A DNA stretch of 64,000 nucleotides from Octopus bimaculoides (Eukaryota): the NCBI RefSeq assembly GCF_001194135.2, contig NC_068985.1:54909458-54973457 (forward strand). Direction: 5' to 3'. A model generated the notes under the pieces. It had not been told where the DNA came from. It did not search any database and worked only from the letters and a program-made list of their open reading frames with translations. The position numbers and the translations under genes were made by a program. Each line of letters starts with the position of its first letter. The stretch's first letter is position 1. Positions 28,145-41,563 of this stretch are shown piece after piece.

Positions 28145-28290
28145 CCCTTCTACTGTAGGCACAAGGACTGAAATTTTGAGGGGAGAGGTCTAATCTCTTA
28201 CATTGACCCCTGTACCTAACTGGTACTTATTCTATTGATCTCAAAAGGATGAGAGGCATAGTTGATCTTGGTGTTTGAACGCAGCAGACT
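27580..28290 (-). mobile_element. Stack of three SINE family B copies, head-to-tail
   Basis: Units at about 27580-27730, 27835-28050 and 28060-28290, separated by (AAT/GAT)n. Confidence 0.8.
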
Positions 28291-29647
28291 TAACCCTTCA
28301 AATGTCATCTATTGTAAATCCAACTACCCCTTAAACACAAATTATAAGGGCCTCCAATAAGTTGTTTGAAAGCAGCAGGCCTGACTCATGTAATGTCATA
28401 TGTTATAAATATATCCAACTGCCCTTACAAACTTTGTTTTAATTTCTGTCAAAGAAATCAAACTGGTCTGATAACACTGTGGGAAACATGCCACAATCAC
28501 ATTTACATAATACACAATGTCCATAGGGTAACAAAGCAACAAAACAATAACAACAAAAACATAGAATGAGGTGATGACACCCACTAAATGTAAATAGCAC
28601 AGAAAAGGAGTCAATGTATTGGTTTTGGTAAAATACAGCCTAACATATTGAGCAACACCACTTCAAGTGACCACTTAGAATCTTTCTATTGATTTGATTT
28701 CAAATTTTGATACAATGGTTCAATTCTCAGACCAGGCAGTGGTTGTCACTTTGAGAAAGGCAGGGCCAAGAGGGTATCTATGTAGTCTGCTAACAACTAC
28801 ACAGGCACCTAAAAGAATTAGCAAAAGCATGGTACATATTACAAAACCATACAACATCTCATTCTTTACACAAGTTTTCATATAGCCTGTCTTTTGTGAG
28901 TAAAGAGAGTAACGAGAATTGGCCGTCAGACAAACACTCTAATGACATGGCTGGTTGAAAATCTCATCATATGTTATGAGATGACAGAAAAATAATCACA
29001 AACAGATGCAACACAAGTGATGATGTGTTGTATGTAAAACAGTTTTTTTTACATGCGGACACTTACACAAAGTTTTAGAGAAATTAACACTTCCATTTGT
29101 TATTACACAAGGGCGTGGTAATGTATATGCTTATTTGAAGTCAGTATGGATGTGAGGGAGACAAGAGGCTTTTCTATGTTCATTATCTGAAAATTAAAAC
29201 ATCACTGATGCCATGATGACTTGAATAAGTTAGCAGGACTAAAACAACATGCTATGGCAACAAATTCAGATATGGAATACACACACACACACACACACAC
29301 ACTGTTTCTATTTCACTTCATTTTAGCATAACTAATTACTTGGAGTAGACTTTGTCAGTTTGCATGACATAACAGAGCTGGAGCAAAAAGAATATGTCAT
29401 TGAGGAAGTCATCTATGGAAACGAAAGAACGCTAGCAAACCAATTAATTGATAGATTAATCAAAACTTTAGTCAAGCAATCAATTATTTAATCAGTTAGT
29501 TAACTAATAAAAATAAAAAAAAAACAGAACCAGTGGGTATGCTTTTATTGACAACGTGAACCTCCTAAGATACAACATATTTCACATCAAGAGTTTTGCA
29601 AAACAAAATGTATAATATACATAAATATGTAAACATGTGTGTGTATG

Positions 29648-29709
<62 letters not shown>

Positions 29710-30447
29710 GGTGATGATTAACTTCATAGATGATTGCCAACTTGTTGTCAATGACATTTCTGACAGGAGTACAGAATCAGTGCAAATAAGAGTTGGCTAT
29801 AAGGTAATGAATCAGTTCGGGGAAAATGAAAGTATAACAGAATAACAGATGGACATATAGTTTCAAAGGTAGCAAATCATTTATAAGACAGTTATAGAAA
29901 TGAATGTTAAAATATACAAAATTCACCAGAGCAAATATTCACAGTGATTTCTTGCAGAAATATATAAATCCTGCAAATTCGTACTGTAATGTTACTGATT
30001 AGATAGAGAAGAATTTGAGTAGCCCAGTGTATTGGTTCAAAGTGGATAAGTAATAAAATCCTGAGAATTACTACTCAAACCTTGCAAGTAAGACAGTGGA
30101 GAGAAAGGCTTGAGTAGTAATTCCCACTTACCACCACTGTTCTTGCTATGTTTCCCTTCTTCATCCTTCCAATTCATGATGTCTGAGGAAGGGATTGTAT
30201 TAAATGTATAGGTACCCAATGCATCACCATCTACTTCCCTATGCTCTGCACTATCCCTCCCTCAGGTGGCCCACTGACATCCATCACTTTCTTTAGCCAA
30301 GATGTCTATCCATCTTCCTTATCAGCTAACATTATCACCCCCCCCGACTCTACACTGCCAACCATCACTCCCTCTACCCCAGATCATTCATTATTTACAT
30401 CCACTAACACTCTTACTATTGACTATTTATACAACTATTTCTACCTG

Positions 30448-30605
30448 TAAACATTCAGAAATCATTTGCCTCTGATTTCCTCCACAAAATAGGGGTAAAA
30501 GTAACCTGTCAGAGAAATGAGCCCCACAAGGTAGAGTGGCTACTGCAGCGAGTGTCGCTGGCTATTCTCCGAGGTAACATAGTCATTACTGCAGGGCATG
30601 GCTGA
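30448..30605 (+). mobile_element. C-terminal remnant of a CRE-like (restriction-like endonuclease) non-LTR element
   Basis: 30468-30596 translates ASDFLHKIGVKVTCQRNEPHKVEWLLQRVSLAILRGNIVITAG, matching the FL..LG......EP....L.QRLS.AIQRGN signature as I recall it. Confidence 0.6.
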
Positions 30606-31599
30606 GCACATCATTTGTTCTGGGGTATATAACCCATCACTTCCTCCCGCTCCATCTTCTGCTGCTTTCCCCTACCTTTTCTTTTCTTTCTTATCTCTCT
30701 TTTTACCTGTATCTTTGTATTTAAACGTTCTACTTTAAAATGTCAATATGAAAAAAAAAGAAAAAAGCAATTCCTTGATTACTCCTCTAGCGCTGTCTCT
30801 CCCATTTCTCCCAACCTTTTCCATGGCTTTTAACTCTGTTCAATCTTGTTCATAGGTCATACTCTTCATTCTTCATGCACCCAGTACTCTCTGTAAAGTG
30901 GCTGATGTTAGAAACCAAGCCAAGATGAACGAGTGAAACATTATTCCTTGACTACATGTAGAAACACATTAGCTTCAAATAAGAACTAACTTGAATCATG
31001 ATGACCCATCCAGTGCAGACCAGAATAGAAAGTGAATGTGAAATTATGATGATGATATATACTACGCAAATAACTATTTAGTTTTAACCATTTTCAGATG
31101 AGTGATGTTGATAGATGCAGAATACGTAACAACTGCACTAATTATTGGTCCTGGACCTTTCATGGTTGGCTACATTTTCTAACAACAACTATTCACTAAA
31201 AAGACATAGAGACTGACTGTTTAGTATTTGTAGAGACAACACTAGAGAATGTGTAATGTCTTGAAGTCTGAAAATGTAAATTATACTTCATACTTTAAAA
31301 AGCAATAAATAATACACACACTATTACAGTTGCAATGAGTAGGTCTTCTTTGTTGTCTAGTTATTCCTGTCTGAGAAACTGGCAATACAGTGGGGAAACA
31401 CCAAAATAACAAGTGTTTTCTACTATATCTTAGGCTGACGAAAGCTTTGTTAGTGGATTTAGTAGACAGAGACTGATAGAGAAAGGTTCCCACATGCGTG
31501 CATTCGTGTGTATGTGTGGTCATTCTTCAGCCTGAATAAAGGCCTGTTCCAACCATGCAATAAATTTAAAGCCAAATAGTTGATATTCAATTTAGTGCT

Positions 31600-31960
31600 T
31601 CCTATGATTTTATCAAGTTTAAATCAATACTTTCAGTAGATTTTTCCTAAACTCTATCTGCCTATCATCTCTTTGTATTCCTCAATATTAAGATACCATT
31701 CTCTCTATAAAGTCCTCCATTTATAGTATTGATTCAAGAAAAATCACTGTTTTATTTCTATATATTTTGGATGCTGAAGTTTAGTCCAGAGTGGTTTTCT
31801 AAGAATTCCTTCAAATTTCTTGATGTCTCTTGTGTCCATAACAATAAGTAAATGGTCTACATATCTGATACATGTCATATGTTTCTGTCTTGTGAAAAAT
31901 TTCTTTCTCTCTTCATGTATGATGCCTGTTTTCCAGGCAGTGATGATCACGAACCATCAT
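31600..31960 (-). mobile_element. Highly degraded Penelope-like RT remnant
   Basis: TCIRYVDHLLIVM (RYVDD-like), followed by VIFLESIL and FRK...NH segments resembling PLE LPFLD / YRKPT..SNHP. Confidence 0.5.
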
Positions 31961-32512
31961 GACAGAGTCTAAAGATAATTGATTTTTCTTTGGAAAGATA
32001 CAACAATCATTTCCTGTTGCCTTTGGCCAGTTTATTCACTGTTTACTCTGATAGTTACCTACTCTCCCTTAAGCTTACCCTTGAGGTATAGGGCCCATTT
32101 AACCCTTATAAAGAGAAAATGGTTAATGTAACATGAAGGCATGTCCACACACTGTGACACGTGTTCAGGGACCAATTCTTCTTCAAGTTCTGCATGCCTT
32201 AGGACCATCTGTTGTCTGACATATAACTGTGGCCCTTAACATATACTACCACCCTTGACCAGAGTGAACTTTGGAGTGGTGGTAGCTAAGGAGTAACTTC
32301 ATACTCTCCAAAACTCTTGAACTCTAAAGATGGAACCTAGCCACAGGATGCAGTTCCTTGTCTTGCTCAGAACATATGAATAAAAAAAAAAATTACTCAA
32401 CTCATTAGCAGTTACTTGCAAATGAGTATGACCTGGTAGATAGTACTACACTTTAGTTAATTGTTGTAGGTGCCTAAGTTGTCACAAGAAGAGACATTCT
32501 CTTGGTCCAGCA

Positions 32513-32880
32513 GGCATGGCTGTGTGGTAAGAAGCTTTCTTCCCAACCACTTGGTTCTGGGTTTAGTCATATTGAGTAGCACCTTGGGAAAATGTCTTGT
32601 ACAAAAGCCTTGGGCTGACCAAAGACTTGTGAGTGGATGTGGTAGACAGAAACCGAAATAATCCCATAGTATGTGTGTGTGTGTTTGTCTGCCCACCCCC
32701 TACCCATCCATCGCTTGACAACTGGTGTTAGTGTGTCTATGTCCCTGTAACTTAGCAGTTCAGCAAAAGAGGTCAGTAGAATAAGTATTGGAATTAACAG
32801 AATTAAGTATCAGGATTGATTCATTTGACTAAAAATTCTTCAAACATGGCTGCAGTCTAATGACTGAAATGTGTAAAAAG
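32513..32880 (+). mobile_element. SINE family A, older full-length copy
   Basis: ggcatggctgtgtggtaagaagc...catggctgcagtctaatgactgaaatgtgtaaaaag. Confidence 0.82.
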
Positions 32881-33515
32881 AAAAATGGGAAGGGAAGCAG
32901 AACATCCAGGTTATGACATTTGGAGGAAGAGAGAGCTGCAGAAATATTCAGCTGGTATTAATTTTCAGTTGAGTAAACTGGAGTGATGGACACAAAACAC
33001 TGCCTGGTCTGAGAATTGAACCCATGACTTTGTGATTATGTCCCCAACATTCTAACCACTAGGCCATGTATCTACTCATACAGAAAGATATATTTCTCAA
33101 TCTATAGCAACATATACACATCCCAGGCTAAATCATATTCTTCACTTTTGGTACCAACTTCCACTGACAACAGAAATAAGACCAAAATTGAGGAGAAACT
33201 GAAATCACACTTCTCTGCCAAGATGTCAAAAACCACAGAGAGGTAAGAACATTATAAACACAGATTGAATATTTATCCCAAGGTGAATGTAATAAAAATA
33301 GATAACTTGACACAAAACAAACTTAAACAAGCTTGGAAAGATTAAAAAACAAACAACACACACCAAAAAACAATGGTAACATAGAAAGATGTAAGAGTGA
33401 CATATTTGGAATATGTTTGTCATGATGGATAAAGATGAATATTATATGGCCAAAATTAACAACAACTCAACGACAAAAATAAACCTATAAGGATTCAGAG
33501 AATTCAATTAAAAAC

Positions 33516-33720
33516 CCATTTAAAAACACAAAAAACTGTTAAATTCATTTTAAATTTGAATTTATTTCATGAGGTTACACAGTTGTGAACTGGTCACTGA
33601 CATAGCCTCACTGCAACTGTGTCAATGATCAGATCACAGTTGTGCAAATAAAATGTTGATGCCTCGAGAAATAAATTTGAATTTCAAGTGAATTTAACAG
33701 CTTAGTGTGTTATTAAATGG
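33516..33720. mobile_element. Fold-back (palindromic) MITE-like element
   Basis: Left arm ccatttaaaaacacaaaaaactgttaaattcattttaaatttgaatttatttcatgagg vs reverse complement of the right arm ccatttaataacacactaagctgttaaattcacttgaaattcaaatttatttctcgagg; an inner inverted repeat is also present. Confidence 0.75.
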
Positions 33721-36014
33721 CTCCTCATGATGTAAAAATACACTGATAAAACACCAAAACACCCTACCTCTGACTCATAACATCACTAGTAGTTAAATCA
33801 CCAGCACACTAAACAATTATTATCAATTGATACATAGCAGGGAGATACAATATACAGTCATCTGAAGAGTTCCTGGAGATTTTAGAAGAACCAAATGATA
33901 TCGCTATAATCATAATGAATCTATCTACTGATGATTTTGCAACAAAAACGATAGAAATCACATTAAATAGTGTCTATTGTAGACACTATTTAATAGAACC
34001 ACCCATGATAGCAGCCGAAGTAGTGAAGAAATTATTAGTGTAATTAGAGTGTTACCTGTCATTTGAGGGGGAACTTTAGAAGTATGCTTTTGCTACCATG
34101 GGAAATATCATGAAATATAGCATACATACAATAATTTATTTTTATTAAATTTCTTAGTGATTATACAAACTGATTAGAAAATTTTCATTTGAATGTTTGC
34201 AATAAATATATCATTATTTATTGATATTTTATCAACATAAATGCAATCTACATCACTGAGTAGATTTGAGTATCTTCACAAAATTTCATTACAAAATATG
34301 TCTTTCAGAAGGCTATCATAGATTATATGTGTGTTTGTGTAAAAATATATGCATGCATGTATGTGTGTATCTGTATTTCACAGTAGAAGTGTTAAGACCA
34401 CTCCCCCTAGTGAAGAGGATTGGCTTGCTAGAGTCCTGTGCCAGTGCCACGTAAAAGCACTAGTACAGTACAACATTAAATGCACCCAAAACACACTGGA
34501 AAGTGGTTGGTGTTAGGAAGGGCATCTAGTTGTAGAAACCATGCTAAATCAGACTGGAACCTGGTGCAGCTCTCTGGCTTGCCACTTCTGATCAAACTGT
34601 CCAACCCATGCCAGCATGGAAAATGTACGTTAAATGATGCTGATCATATATGCAAGTATGTATGTATACACACATATCTAATAACACGCTTGTCAATATT
34701 TGCCTGCTTATTTGTACCTGGTTGACAAAAGGTACCCCCCCCCCCNNNNNNNNNNAAAAAAAAAAACTACAAAAAGACCACATGCAAAACTGTATATATT
34801 ATTATTCATCAGCTCATGATGAGATTTCTATAACATTTATTTGGATCCATATAGCATCAATGTGTTTGAAATATGTTTCAAAATAATCATAAGCAGGTAT
34901 TAAAGCATAAAAATAAGTATAGTGTCTTCAAATTATTTCCTCTAACCTTGGACAGGAGATAAATTTAGCTGCTAGATAAATTTCTTCCTGCACATCCTTG
35001 TCAAACGTAAACACATTGTCAGATCATTAACATTTATTTTTGTTCAATATTTAAGATATAATTATTTTTGTGACATTTTCTCTTGTCACCACCATTCAGA
35101 GATGGTCAGCTCTCAACCTCCTGACATTTTGAGAGCAAGAAGACTACAAGCTTAGAGATAATTTAATAAAATTTTGCTTTAAACCAATTATTGTATACAG
35201 TTCAAAGTGTATTTCTGTATGATATATATTTCAAGGCCGCTCACTTCAGTTCTGAACACCTATTTCTCATTTGTTCTCCCCCTCTCCCCCCACCACATAC
35301 ATATATACACCTAAATATGTTTTTTACATCCATTTTCCATGGCAGTATGGGTTAGATGAATAGATGATTATATTATTGCAGCATAGTAAGGTCTATATAT
35401 GTATAGGCATGGTTGTGTGGTTAAGAAGTTTGTTTTACAACCATACTGTTCTAGACTGAGTCTCACTGTATAGCACCTTCAGAGAATGTCTTCTACTATA
35501 ATCCTGGGCCAACCAAAGTCTTGTGAGTGGATTTGATACACAGAAATTAAAAGAAACTCATCACATATATGTATGTATAATAGGTGTCAGAGTTTGAGTG
35601 CATGTATGCTTGCATCTCTTTGTCTTGATATCGCATGATACTTATAAATGAGCATTACAATGTCGTTTGGTTTTAATATTCTGTGGAAACACGAGACAAT
35701 ATTACCTTGCTTGGAAACAAGTAAGGGTTGATGGCAGGAAGGATATCCAGCTGAAGAAAATCTGCCTCAACAAATTCTGTTTGATTTGAAAAAGCATGTA
35801 GGAGTGGATGTTATATGATGCTGATATATCATGAATTATTCATCATCGTTTAACATCCGCTTTCCATACTAGCATGGGTTGGACGATTTGACTGAGGACT
35901 GGTGAACCAGATGGCTATACCAGGCTCCAATCTGATTTGGCAGAGTTTCTACAGCTGTATGCCCTTCCTAATGCCAACCACTCCGAGAGTGTAGTGGGTG
36001 CTTTTGCATATATA

Positions 36015-37290
36015 TAAATTACCTATATGAACCATCTGGAACGTTGAGCACTCAACATCTGCCACTCATGTGCTTTCTTCACCAGGTACATAGATAACAT
36101 CCTCATACTCACATCCTCCTGTGAAGAGGCTGACAAAATATTCATGATGTTCAACATGGACATGGATATACAGTTCACTATAGAACATCCTCACAGCACT
36201 GGATCCCTATTGCTGCTTGACTTCCAACAGAAAATAATGGAAAAAAGAGAGATCCACACAGAGTTCTACAGGAAAGCAGCCAGTAGAGATATGTTTATTC
36301 AGTACAATTCAGCCCTTCCACTTGGTGCCAAAATAGGATATACTAGAAATGGACTTACATGCATCCAGAGGAAGTGCAGCAGGACAGAGGACAAGGTGAC
36401 TCACACCACACGCTTCCTAGAGGTGTTGAAAACCAACAAGTACCCTATATCCACTGTGAATCAGCTTAAATATCTGAGATAATAAACACACCAAACACAC
36501 AGAAGACTCAGCAACACATGCTTCCTTAAAATATCCCATTTTAGTGAGAGAATAACTACAGCCATCCGAAGAGCTGTAAGAATAGAAGGATTAGACATAC
36601 AACTAGCCCATTCTGGTCCCTCTCTGAGAAGACATCAAGCAAAGAAATGATCAAGGGTCAACAATTAGTGCACACTAGCTAACTGCCCCCATCTGTGACA
36701 CACGTTTATGCCAATGGGTACATGTAGTATATCAAATCCAATGTAACAGATGCAACAATTTCTATGTGGGTAGTACAACAAGACCATTACACATTTGCAT
36801 CAAAGAACATCTAAACATACGAGCCTCCTCCTTCAGAAAACAACTTGACAGAAACCAGAACACCAACAAAAACATAACAGTCAGAATTGAGTCCAATGAC
36901 AAAAATTTAGGAAATTTAAGAATTATGGACAGACTAGGGCCCCAAATTAACAACAGGTTGGAAATTAACACTCACTAGCTTAACAACATCGACACCCTGC
37001 ATGCATGATGGTAACATGCATATATAATAAAAGATTATATAGAAATACACATATAATAACTTGGTAACTGCTACAAATATGCCAACACTCATGAGCTCAA
37101 GACATGACTACCTTCACACACTTCTCATGAGGAATTTCGGAAAGAACTTGCGAGACCATTACAGGAATGCTTCCGATAGATTTCAGTAACCATTAGAAGA
37201 ATAAGAAAATCGACTATAACAGTGATTCCATTACTTCCTAGTAATCTCTGAAGAAAGAATTTTTTACATTCCAAAATATTAGACAATGAA
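36015..37290 (+). mobile_element. Penelope-like retroelement remnant: RT C-terminus, GIY-YIG endonuclease and 3' terminal region
   Basis: RYIDNILIL (RT motif), IQFTIEH..LLLLD, FYRKA..YNSALP..K, then CPICD..VVYQIQCNRCNNFYVGSTTRPLHICIKEH (GIY-YIG with the PLE Cys cluster). Frameshifted. Confidence 0.9.
37244..37284 (+). ncRNA. Decayed minimal type I hammerhead ribozyme at the Penelope 3' end
   Basis: ATCT-CTGAAGA-A-AGAAT-tttttac-ATTCC-AAAA-TATT-AGAC, then AATGAA. Restoring G>A/C>T changes gives GTCT-CTGAAGA-A-GGAAT..ATTCC-GAAA-CGTC-AGAC-AATAAA. Confidence 0.55.
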
Positions 37291-37415
37291 TGATTAAGTT
37301 ATTTCTAACTGTTATTATAGTCCACTCTGCATTGTTATACCATTCCAGACACGTTACATTTCACAAACAATATACAATGCTTCCAGCAAACTACAATACT
37401 TTCTTATGTGTGTGG

Positions 37416-37484
<69 letters not shown>

Positions 37485-37519
37485 TAAAAATATATAAAAC
37501 TCCTTCTCTCTTTTTCTTT

Positions 37520-37850
37520 AAAGTCTGATATTTATTCCATCAGTCTATTTTGCTGAACAGCTAAGTTACATGGACGTAAATAAAGCAAGCAGTGGTGGGA
37601 GACAAACACAAACACTCACACACAGAGATATATACAAACACCTATGTAGATATGACACATACATGCATACACACACACACACACACACATGTATGATGGG
37701 TTTCTTTCAGTTTCCATGTCACAAATCCACACACAGAGCTTTGTTTGGCCTGAGACTACAATAGAAAACACTTGCTTGAGGTGCTTTACAGTGGGACTGA
37801 ACCCCAAACCATGTGGTTGAGAAGCAAACTCTTTACCACACAGCCGACCC
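37520..37850 (-). mobile_element. SINE family A
   Basis: Head cagtgggactgaaccccaaaccatgtggttg..accacacagcc. Further partial copies at about 12660-12785, 22045-22150, 45175-45310, 45520-45700, 47230-47385 and 53560-53700. Confidence 0.8.
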
Positions 37851-39112
37851 TCCACCTTAGTCACTTTCTGAAAGTAGAGTTGTGTTCCTTGGGGGAAGTG
37901 AGGTTTACTTCAGAATGGGGCATAAGTAATAACAGGTGATAAAGTTTTAATGGAAACCTGCAGCAATGCTTTAATGGATGCTTCTTTTGAATCTCTATAT
38001 AATAAAAGCCAATATAAATGTTGGCTGGTTTTGTTATTTAATTGGCTGATTGATTTATCCAGTCGCGCTTTACATCATATAGAGAGAGTTAGCATAAGAG
38101 ATGCAGGATGACTGCACATACTCGGTTTGCTGGAAGGCTATGGAGTAAAGGGACACTACATGTTCATTTCCAAGCTGAGAGTTAAGGTATGAAAGATGGA
38201 GGTGGAGCAAAGCAGGTTCTTCCTGCAAAAGAGTTTCATAGCTACTCATATTTAGAGGAGAGATTGAAAATGAATCAATGATATTTCCAAAGAGATAAAG
38301 AGTGGCAATGAGTTGTCCAGGGAAACTAGAAGTGTGCATGTGTGCAGGTTGCAAGAGTGTATGGTAGGNNNNNNNNNNNNNNNNNNNNNNNNNNNNNNNN
38401 NNNNNNNNNNGGGGGGAATGGGATAGTTGAGGTAAGCAGCATCTGTAAAGGAGTTGAAGGATGGATGTGAGGAATGATGGATATAGGGGGGGGGGGAACG
38501 TGACCAATGATGCATGAGTTGGAGAAGGGAGAGAGAGAAATGCAAGGTGAGAGCAGCAACAGGATAGTAATGATGATGCAGTTGACAGGAGAGAGAAAGA
38601 GAGAGGCAAGTGTAGTGCATGAGGAGAGATAATTTGGTGGTCAAGTGGGGGAGGAGTTGACCAATGTAACGTTGGTGGGTGTAGAAAACAATATCGAGGG
38701 AGGAAGAATAGCCAAGAAATGAAATGGCCAGGTATCAATAAAGAAAAGTGGTATTAGTAGTAGGGAAGGAATCAAAATGAGAAGAGTGAAGTGCCTATTT
38801 GTGCACAGAATATATAAACACACAGTACTACATACACATATGCATGCACATATAAACACACACATATGCATGCATATATACACACACACATGCATGCACA
38901 TATACATACACATGCATATCCATATATACATACAAGCTATAAGGTGATACTCAGGCACTCAACAATGAGTCCATTGCATCTTATAGTAAGAAACAGCTGT
39001 AAGCTAATGAAATTCATAAGATAATTATTCCTTTGTCATCTCAATTTCTTATATACATACATATATATTTTTATTTTGGACAAGTTGAGGGAGCATACTT
39101 ATACACACACAC

Positions 39113-39156
<44 letters not shown>

Positions 39157-41129
39157 TGTGTGTGTGTGTGTTTGTGTGTGTGTGTGGATAGATAGAGTAG
39201 GAAAGAAAGATAAAGACTTGATCATTTTGCATCAGTAAAAACCTTCTTTAGGTTTTCTGGTGTTGATATTTTTCCCATATTTTCATTCCTAGTGATTGGA
39301 AGAGGGAACAGAGTAACAATTAAAAAGTCAAAAATATAATTGTATAAACAGTTTAAACAACTGTATTAAAAGCAAACAATTTAGCAGAAAGACAACTGAG
39401 AAAACCCCTTCTCCCTTACAAAAATAAACAAAGAACTATAAACTAATAGGAATTTTCTTAGACTTAATACTTTTTATCACAGTTTTTTTTTTGTTTTTGA
39501 TTCACCACACCACAATTATAGAAAGTGAATTAAACATACTGCTGTTTCTAACACTTGTGTTTACTAACTTATTGCTAATTAACTTCAGTGTTAATAAAAA
39601 AACTCAGCTAATACAATTTGAATAAAAAAAATTAAATGCTCTTTGTTAAAAAAAACACAAGGCTAATGTGAAGTTAACGAATCTATCTGACTTGGTATGC
39701 GTAAAGATTTTTAATTAAGAAAACAGAGTGTTAAGTATAAGTTGGCTCATGAAGTTAAAAAACAAATTGAATTCACTTATTAGAAGATCTCAGAAAGAGA
39801 GAGAAAAAGAAAGTTCATCTGAAAACTTGGCCATTAATTTATTGGATTTAAGATAATTACAAGTGGAAGTTATATACAAGTCAACAAGCAATTTATAGGA
39901 TATTAACACTTACACATCAAATACAATAATTGTGGAAAGCATTCAGAAACCTGAAAGACTTTTCAGTTGACTTTGGTGCTAAGAAGAGAATCTGATATTG
40001 AATCCAGGTGATATCAGATCATCATCATCATTTAAAGTCTGTCTTCTATGCTGGCATGGGTTGGAAGGTTTGACAGTATCAAACAAACTGGAGGACTGCG
40101 TCATGCCTTAACTCTTTAGCATTCAGATTACTCTGTCAAATGTAATGCTTATTTATTCAAATTGTTTTGAATTAATCATGCATTACTTTGTAGCTTTGAG
40201 ATTATTATTTTTAGAATGACATGGTAGGGAAGGTGTGAGAGGCCAGATCCAGTCAGTTTGAACATAAAATAGGAAGAATATTTTGGCTGGATACTTGAAA
40301 GAGTTATTGCTTGCTTTGGATGGTTTCTATGGGTGGATGTCCTCAATACACTTTACAGAGTGTACTGGATACTTTTTTTCATAACACAGGCACTATGCAG
40401 GTCACCAAGTAGCTTCATGGGGCTGGTGCCCAGAAAAAAAAAAGCATCCAGAACACACTGTAAAGTGGTTGATGTTAGGAAGGGCATAAACAAGACTAAT
40501 TAAAATATGGATCAGAAGAAAGATATTAGGGGTCAGCTACTAATACTAGGCTGAGATATCAAGGGAGACAATTCCAACCATTTTTGTTTTATTCAGCTTT
40601 ATCAGTGGAAGTATAGACTTAATCCTTATTTGCTGGCACCAGTCACTCACTTATACAGAATATGGTCATACAAAACACATCACATGGCACCACGGAATGA
40701 CATTTATTGATGATGTTAGTAATTATTGAAGTATTGAGGGTATTTCCTATACAAATGTTATTTGACTGTGTAGGAGGATGAGGACAAATTATTTTGTCTT
40801 GTTCCTGCATTTAGAAAAATATCATCTTTATAGATATATCTTTATGCCATCTGCTTGAATATATGTCATCTTTAAAGACATATCTTGTTTATTTATATAC
40901 ATTTGATCCCTTGCAGGTTTTAACCTGGTATTTTACCACTGATTAATAACTTACATTGGTTTTATTGTCTCCTGAGTATATTTTTTTATACAGGAAGAAC
41001 TGGGAAGCAAAAAAATCAAATACTTTCAATATTATATTGGTGGGATCATTGTAAAGTTCAGAATTTTAAATAACAAAAAATAAACAACAACACAAAAAAT
41101 AAAAAGAAAAAAAGAAAAAACATTCTGTC

Positions 41130-41563
41130 TCCTCAAGACTTATAAAAACTTACAAGTAACTACTACATAACAGATCTGGTGGAATTATATCAGTGACCTG
41201 ACTGCAGGGGTGTAATGAAAATGTTGGTACCTCAAGGAGTGAGATAGGGCTTGATTTCATTAAGCCCTTCAATGATACATATTTTAATTACCTTGAAAAG
41301 TGATGAACCCAATGTAGAGAGATGCAACAACTAAACCATTAGATAATTTTGCCTAGTACTCTCCTACTTCTGACTTATGTTACTTTCTAAATAACAAATA
41401 ATAATAATAATAATAATAATACTGCTTTTAAATTTTGAGGTAAGGCAATAATGTCAATCCCAGTGCTCAGCTGGTACTTATTTTTATCAACCCCGGAAGA
41501 ATGAAAGGCGAAGTTGTCTTTGGCAGTTTTTGAACTTGGAACATAAATAGCCAGAAGAAATGT
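41130..41563. repeat. Left arm of a near-identical inverted duplication
   Basis: Reverse complement of 43601-44040 apart from two substitutions, one short indel/replacement and (AAT)n tract length and sequence. Confidence 0.95.

Noticed and set aside
37120-37150. CTCATGA-GGAATTTCG-GAAA as a second hammerhead in the Penelope tail
   Set aside because: The core has C for G5, the stem II loop would be one nucleotide, and there is no convincing stem I or III.
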